Shown: positions 58,608-64,000 of the stretch, piece by piece | How the letters are laid out: every line of letters begins with the position of its first letter | Position numbering within the stretch: the first letter of the stretch is position 1 | Assembly: GCA_034723395.1 (NCBI GenBank) | Contig: JAYEOW010000004.1 | Span: 32,001-96,000 of the forward strand | Length of the DNA: 64,000 nt | DNA from: Candidatus Margulisiibacteriota bacterium | GTDB taxonomy: Bacteria; Margulisbacteria; WOR-1; O2-12-FULL-45-9 | Reading direction: 5' to 3' | Notes under the pieces: generated by a model | Told to the model about the DNA's origin: nothing | Databases searched by the model: none | The model's input: only the letters and a program-made list of their open reading frames with translations | Program-made: the position numbers and the translations under genes

Positions 58608-59591
58608 TTAAATTATTATTACCTCTCCCTTCCCCTTCCCAACTTCTCCGATAATAAAAGCCTTCTCTCTCTTCTTTGCCAGCGCCTTCATCACCTTATC
58701 CGCATCTTTCTTATCAACGATAAGGACCATCCCTATCCCCATATTAAAAGTCTTATACATTTCATCTTGATCGATCTTTCCCAACCGTTTGATCATCCTG
58801 AAAATAGTTGGAATTTGCCAGGCATTAATATCGATCACCGCCTGGACTTTTTTATGCAGGAGCCGGGCCACATTCTCTGGAAGGCCGCCCCCGGTTATAT
58901 GGGCAATCCCTTTTATCTTATAGCGCCTGGTCAAGTCTAATACTGTCTGCACATAGATCTTGGTCGGGGTCATCAACTCTACGCCCAAAGGTCTCTCCAG
59001 GTCTTCGTTTACCTCTTTGAGCTTCAATCTTGCTTCCTCCAACAATACTTTTCTTGCAAGGGTATATCCATTGCTGTGCAGGCCGGACGAGGCTAAACCG
59101 ATAATCTTATCTCCATCCTTAATGCTGGTCCCTTTAATGATCTTTTTTTTCTCAACCATTCCAACCGCGAATCCGGCTAGATCATATTCGTTTTCCTGAT
59201 ACATATCAGAAAGCTCGGCTGTCTCTCCCCCCAAAAGATCACAATTCGCCTGCTTGCAGCCGGCAACTACCCCTTTAATGATTTTTTCGATTTTCGGCGC
59301 ATGGATCTTTTGGGCCCCGATATAATCGAGAAAGAAAAGCGGTTTTGCTCCGGTCGCAACCACATCATTAACGTTCATCGCGACCAGGTCGATCCCTACC
59401 GTATCATGTTTATCCATGGCAAAGGCAATCTTAAGCTTGGTCCCCACCCCGTCTGCCGCCCCCACCAACATATTTTTACCCATAGGATAGAAACCGCCAA
59501 AAAAACCTATCCCTTTGGCAACCTTCTTAATCCGGCGGACAACCTCCTGGCCGGCTTCAACGTCCACCCCTGCCTGCTTATAAGTGATCAT
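58608..59591 (-). CDS. purM: AIR synthase
   Basis: YKQAGVD, DGVGTK, GGETAE, SSGLHSNG, HITGGG, TFNMG. Confidence 0.97.
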   Translation of the reverse strand: MITYKQAGVDVEAGQEVVRRIKKVAKGIGFFGGFYPMGKNMLVGAADGVGTKLKIAFAMDKHDTVGIDLVAMNVNDVVATGAKPLFFLDYIGAQKIHAPKIEKIIKGVVAGCKQANCDLLGGETAELSDMYQENEYDLAGFAVGMVEKKKIIKGTSIKDGDKIIGLASSGLHSNGYTLARKVLLEEARLKLKEVNEDLERPLGVELMTPTKIYVQTVLDLTRRYKIKGIAHITGGGLPENVARLLHKKVQAVIDINAWQIPTIFRMIKRLGKIDQDEMYKTFNMGIGMVLIVDKKDADKVMKALAKKREKAFIIGEVGKGKGEVIII

Positions 59592-59616
59592 ATTTACTCA
59601 ACTCCTATTCGCTATA

Positions 59617-59814
59617 CTATCTTGCGGCATCGGGCGTGGCTGTGCCGTAATAAACATCTCCACCGCGAAGCACTACAAAAAATCGGCATTCCCTATTTGT
59701 ACAAGCCCAGGCCTTATAACGAATTGAAACCGAATTATTGGAAAAATCCGATAATGGGATCAATTCTCCCTTGTCACATTGCTGACATTTTGGATAACTG
59801 TTACTCTCTCCCAC
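59617..59814 (-). CDS. Small zinc-ribbon-like protein (65 aa)
   Basis: PKCQQC..GELIPLSDF...YKAWACTNREC; GGAGG 8 nt before GTG 59814. Confidence 0.75.
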   Translation of the reverse strand: MGESNSYPKCQQCDKGELIPLSDFSNNSVSIRYKAWACTNRECRFFVVLRGGDVYYGTATPDAAR

Positions 59815-59829
59815 GAAATTCACCTCCCT

Positions 59830-59869
59830 GCCCCGAGCGAGTCCGCCGAAGGCGGACGAGTCGAGGGGC
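59830..59869 (-). repeat. REP-like palindromic element
   Basis: GCCCCTCGAC-tc-GTCCGCCttcGGCGGAC-tc-GCTCGGGGC; related copy at 47902-47921. Confidence 0.75.
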
Positions 59870-59874
59870 CCATT

Positions 59875-61263
59875 CTATTTAAAAAATAGTTTCAAGCTTT
59901 GCAATCTCTCCGGCACCCGTACCGGATATTCACCGTTCAGACAGGCCAGGCATAGATTTCCCGCCGGCAAGCTTATCGATCTAATCAAATTATTAATACT
60001 TAAGTATCCAAGTGAATCAGCTTCCAGATATTTACGTATCCCATCGATCGATAAGTTAGCCGCAATAAGTTCGGCTTTAGTCGCGGTATCGATCCCGTAA
60101 AAACACGGATTAAGATTGGGCGGAGAAGAGACCCGCATGTGGATCTCCCGCGCTCCCGCCTCGCGCACCAATCGAACGATCTGCCGTGAAGTCGTTCCCC
60201 GGATGATCGAATCATCAATGATCACGACCTTTTTCCCGCGGACCGCATCCCGGATAGGATTTAATTTTAACTTGACCCCCAAGTCGCGGATCTCCTGGTT
60301 GGGCTGGATAAAAGTCCTGCCGACATAACGGTTTTTGATCAGCCCTTCGCCAAAAGTAATCTTTGACTCGGCTGAAAACCCGATCGCCGCCGGTACCCCG
60401 GATTCAGGGACAGGAATAACCACATCCGCTTCGACCGGGTGCTCTTTTGCCAGGTATTTTCCCATCTGGAATCTTGATTCATAAACACCGCGCCTGTGGA
60501 GGACACTGTCCGGGCGGGCAAAATAGATATACTCAAAAACACAGATCGCCTCCCTATCCCCCATTTCCCATGTTTTCGATCGGATCCCATCCTTGTCGAT
60601 CGCCACGATCTCTCCGTTGGATACATCCCGGACAAATTGCGCTCCGATAATATCGAGGGCGCACGTTTCGGATGAAACAACATATCCGGAACCAAATTTA
60701 CCGATCGAAAGCGGCCGGATCCCATTTGGATCGCGGACCGCCAACAGCTTATCCTTGGTCATCAAGAGGAGGGAAAACGCCCCTTTACAACGTTTTAATG
60801 TATCGATCACCGCATCCTCAAACTCTTCCTTTTTTGAGGTTGCGATCATTGACGCGATGACTTCCGAATCAGATGTACCTACAAAACTTAATCCTTTATC
60901 CTTTAGCTCCTGTCGAAGCAGATTTGAATTGATCAGGTTTCCGTTATGCGCTAAGGCAATTCTCCCATAATGCGTATCGATCACGATCGGCTGTGCATTT
61001 TCAATGATCGAAGATCCGGTAGTGGAATAACGGACATGCCCCATCGCAATCCGTCCCTTCAATCTATTAAGGATCTCCTCATTAAAAACCTGATTGACCA
61101 AGCCCATCCCTTTATGATGCCCGATCTCTTTTCCGTCAGAAACTGCGATCCCCGCCGATTCCTGCCCCCGGTGCTGCAAGGCAAAAAGGCCATAGTATAC
61201 TGATTTTGAAGGAGAATCCTCCTTTAAGTTATATATTCCAAATATGCCGCAATGGTCTTTCAT
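59875..61263 (-). CDS. purF: Amidophosphoribosyltransferase
   Basis: MKDHCGIFG, LQHRGQE, GHVRYST, HNGN, FEYIYFARPDS, DDSIIRGTT, CLAC; start moved to 61263. Confidence 0.97.
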   Translation of the reverse strand: MKDHCGIFGIYNLKEDSPSKSVYYGLFALQHRGQESAGIAVSDGKEIGHHKGMGLVNQVFNEEILNRLKGRIAMGHVRYSTTGSSIIENAQPIVIDTHYGRIALAHNGNLINSNLLRQELKDKGLSFVGTSDSEVIASMIATSKKEEFEDAVIDTLKRCKGAFSLLLMTKDKLLAVRDPNGIRPLSIGKFGSGYVVSSETCALDIIGAQFVRDVSNGEIVAIDKDGIRSKTWEMGDREAICVFEYIYFARPDSVLHRRGVYESRFQMGKYLAKEHPVEADVVIPVPESGVPAAIGFSAESKITFGEGLIKNRYVGRTFIQPNQEIRDLGVKLKLNPIRDAVRGKKVVIIDDSIIRGTTSRQIVRLVREAGAREIHMRVSSPPNLNPCFYGIDTATKAELIAANLSIDGIRKYLEADSLGYLSINNLIRSISLPAGNLCLACLNGEYPVRVPERLQSLKLFFK

Positions 61264-61264
61264 T

Positions 61265-62572
61265 TTATACCCTATATTTATCGGTCCAACAGGAGAGACA
61301 AAGCTGGTCAAGCGGTTTTCCGCATGCCGGGCCCAGATCTTCAAGCGCGTTATATGCCAGGCTGTCCACTCCGATATATTCCCTGATCTCTTCAACCGAT
61401 TTTTGGTGCGCTATCAGTTCATTCTTCGAACGGGTCGCTACCCCATACTTGCAGGGAGCCTTAAGCGGCGGACAGGCAACCCTCGCATGTATCTCTTTTA
61501 CCCCATTCTTGCGAAGCTTGACCACCAGGTCATTCTTCATCTGGGTCCCGCGGACGATCGAATCGTCGCAGATGACAACGCTCCGATTCTCGATCTTGGC
61601 CGGAACCGGGATCAACTTTGTTTTCGCTTCCCGGTCACGCTCTTTCTGGGTTGGCTGCGTATAACTTCTGCTGGCATAATCGTATTTGATAAAAACATTA
61701 TCATAGGGGATCTTTGACTCTTGTGAAAAACCGATCGCATGTCCGATCCCCGAATTCGGGACCGCGCCAACGATATCAACTTTTGCCGGAAAACGTTTAG
61801 CCAGCGCCGCTCCCAGGTTTCTTCTCGCGATATCGACCGGCATACCGTCAATGATTGAAGCCACATTCGCGGTATACACCCATTCAAATGTGCAATATTG
61901 GATCAGGTCGCTTTCAATAATCTTCCTGGTCATGATCTCCCCTTCTTCGATCTCAATGATCTCTCCCGGCTTTACATCACGTAAGATAGAAAATCCGAGG
62001 TTTACAAAAGAACACGATTCGGAGGTAACTACTACTGCTCCATCCCTCCTGCCGATCACCATCGGGCGGAAAGCATGCTTATCGCGGGCGGCAAAGATCT
62101 TCCCTTTGGTCAGAATAACCAAAGCGTAAGCGCCTCGGATTTTATTTGCCATCCGCTCTATCCCATTAATAAAATTATCGCCCTGCGCGATCAGCTTGGC
62201 AATGATCTCAATGTCCGAGTCGGTATAGAAAGAGTGCCCCTCCCTCTTTAAGTCCTCCATTAACTTATCACGGTTAATAATATTTCCTTCAAAACAAATC
62301 GTAAATTCGCCCATTTTTGAGTCGAGCTTGATCGGCTGGCGGTCCCTTAACGAAGTATGCCCGATCCCGCAAAAACCTTCCATCCCGCCCAAATCACTGG
62401 TAAAGGTTGCCCTGACCGACCCATGATGGGTACGGATCCTGATTCCGTCGCCGGTATAAGTGGAGAGACCACAGTACCTCTGCCCGCGATGTTGCAAATA
62501 AAAGGTCCCCAAAAAAAGATCGTCAATAATATTTTCACTTTTTGAAGCAGAGATCGCAAATATTCCGCACAT
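61265..62572 (-). CDS. Second, divergent amidophosphoribosyltransferase-like protein
   Basis: MCGIF, LQHRGQ, CTFEWVY, DDSIVRGTQ, CLSC. Confidence 0.88.
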   Translation of the reverse strand: MCGIFAISASKSENIIDDLFLGTFYLQHRGQRYCGLSTYTGDGIRIRTHHGSVRATFTSDLGGMEGFCGIGHTSLRDRQPIKLDSKMGEFTICFEGNIINRDKLMEDLKREGHSFYTDSDIEIIAKLIAQGDNFINGIERMANKIRGAYALVILTKGKIFAARDKHAFRPMVIGRRDGAVVVTSESCSFVNLGFSILRDVKPGEIIEIEEGEIMTRKIIESDLIQYCTFEWVYTANVASIIDGMPVDIARRNLGAALAKRFPAKVDIVGAVPNSGIGHAIGFSQESKIPYDNVFIKYDYASRSYTQPTQKERDREAKTKLIPVPAKIENRSVVICDDSIVRGTQMKNDLVVKLRKNGVKEIHARVACPPLKAPCKYGVATRSKNELIAHQKSVEEIREYIGVDSLAYNALEDLGPACGKPLDQLCLSCWTDKYRV

Positions 62573-62574
62573 GT

Positions 62575-62991
62575 TTACTCTCCCATCACTTGTATTATGA
62601 CCTCTCGACTGCGAGGCCGGTTATCGTGATCGATCACAATGATCTGCTGCCAAGTTCCCAGAGTCATCTCCCCGCTTACGACCGGGACCGTAATCGACGG
62701 GCCATAGATCGTCGCCCGCAAATGAGCATATCCATTCGCATCCCCCCAGGTCTCATCATGGTTATATGAAACATTTGAAGGAACCAATTTTTCATCAATG
62801 TTCTTGATATCTTCTACCAGCCCCGGCTCATATTCAACCGTCGAGACCGAAGCAGTCGAGCCGTAAACAAAAACGGTAGCGATCCCCTCTCTGATCTTAG
62901 ACTCGGTAACCACCTGCCCTACTTCCCCGGTGATGTTAATCACATGGTCGCGGCCTTTGGTGCTTAACTTGATACGTTTTGTCTTAACCAA
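62575..62991 (-). CDS. yjbQ: YjbQ (UPF0047) family protein
   Basis: STAS...E.EP, H....D.NG.AHLR, LGTWQQI...D. Confidence 0.9.
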   Translation of the reverse strand: MVKTKRIKLSTKGRDHVINITGEVGQVVTESKIREGIATVFVYGSTASVSTVEYEPGLVEDIKNIDEKLVPSNVSYNHDETWGDANGYAHLRATIYGPSITVPVVSGEMTLGTWQQIIVIDHDNRPRSREVIIQVMGE

Positions 62992-64000
62992 TCTAAAACC
63001 TTATCCTTATCCACTAATTGGGTATCGCCGGTCTTGCGTATTTTGATCTCGACTCTACCTTCTTTTAATGCTTTTCCAACAATTATCTTGACGGGGATCC
63101 CAAATAGGTCGATATCCTTTAGCTTTACCCCCGCCCGCATATCCCGATCATCCAACAATCCCTCATATCCCATCCCGCAGATCTCTTTATATATCTTTTC
63201 CGCTACCTCAAGCTGCCCCTCTTCCGCAACATTCATCGGAATAACCGCAACGCTAAACGGCGACAGCGGAGCCGGCCAGACGATCCCATCTTTATCATAG
63301 CTCTGCTCAACCGCCGCCTGGGCTGTCCTCCCTACTCCGATCCCGTAACAACCCATGATCATCGGCTGCTCTTTGTTCTTCTCGTCGAGGAAAATACAAT
63401 TCATCTTTTCCGAATACTTGGCCCCCAATTTAAAAATATGGCCTACCTCAATCCCGCGTTCAACCTCGAACTTACCCCCGTCGCAGCGGGGACAAACATC
63501 TTTACGCGCCGCGAACCGGATATCGCCGACCAGATCGGCTTTATAATCTCTTCCGTATCCGACATTAATAACATGATAATCTTTCTTGTTTGCCCCGGTC
63601 GCCCCATGCTCGATCAAAGTGACTGCCGTATCAGCGATAATTTTTATCCCTTTCAACCCAACCGGTCCGGCAAATCCCATGGGAGCTTTAGTGACTTTCT
63701 CGATCACCTTTTCCGAAGCCAACCTTAGATCTTCTGCTCCCAAGATCTTCTTTAACTTCGCCTCATTTAACGCATGGTCGCCTCGAACTAGAGCAGCAAC
63801 CGGACCAGACTCGGTCTCGTAGATCAAGGTCTTGATCATCTTGGCGGGTTTGATCTTTAAGAAAACAGCAACTTCTTCAATCGTTCTAACTCCGGGAGTG
63901 TGCGCTTCCTTCGCCTTCGCCTCAGCCTTTACATTGCTCTCCCCCATTTTCCACTTTCCGACTCCCGCCGACTCCCTGCTCGCCGTATAATCGCATTTAT
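62964..64000 (-). CDS. proS: Proline--tRNA ligase (3' part; runs off the window)
   Basis: INS editing domain (TPG..TI, KTL, GANK..YH), GIEVGHIFKLG, MGCYGIG..R, anticodon-binding domain. Confidence 0.96.
   Translation of the reverse strand, partial: KCDYTASRESAGVGKWKMGESNVKAEAKAKEAHTPGVRTIEEVAVFLKIKPAKMIKTLIYETESGPVAALVRGDHALNEAKLKKILGAEDLRLASEKVIEKVTKAPMGFAGPVGLKGIKIIADTAVTLIEHGATGANKKDYHVINVGYGRDYKADLVGDIRFAARKDVCPRCDGGKFEVERGIEVGHIFKLGAKYSEKMNCIFLDEKNKEQPMIMGCYGIGVGRTAQAAVEQSYDKDGIVWPAPLSPFSVAVIPMNVAEEGQLEVAEKIYKEICGMGYEGLLDDRDMRAGVKLKDIDLFGIPVKIIVGKALKEGRVEIKIRKTGDTQLVDKDKVLDWLRQNVSS

Overview
A compact, gene-dense bacterial chromosome segment made up mostly of housekeeping and envelope genes. 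It holds comEA, a lytic transglycosylase, pnp-rpsO-ribF, amj, queC, purA, a 6S RNA, hisS-aspS, a MarR-TolC-RND operon, thrC, an ~17 kb lipid A/LPS glycosyltransferase cluster, rpmE-prfA-prmC, MTA salvage genes, tsaC, purH-N-M-F-F, yjbQ and a partial proS. The mix of Firmicutes-like genes with outer-membrane/lipid A genes suggests a diderm Terrabacteria lineage such as Saganbacteria/Margulisbacteria (inference only). I saw no tRNA, rRNA, CRISPR array, integrase or transposase. The most unusual signals are: (1) many short 6-8-mer tandem repeats and palindromic mini-elements inserted in frame at termini and domain linkers of housekeeping proteins, one of which encodes a whole signal peptide; (2) a phage-Mu Com-like zinc ribbon between hisS and aspS that overlaps the aspS GTG start; (3) pervasive leaderless or near-leaderless promoters, including a perfectly palindromic bidirectional -10; (4) a shared sigma28-like motif in front of three orphan genes; (5) a glycosyltransferase that appears to start at ATA. 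Product calls come from motif recognition by eye; no database search was run.
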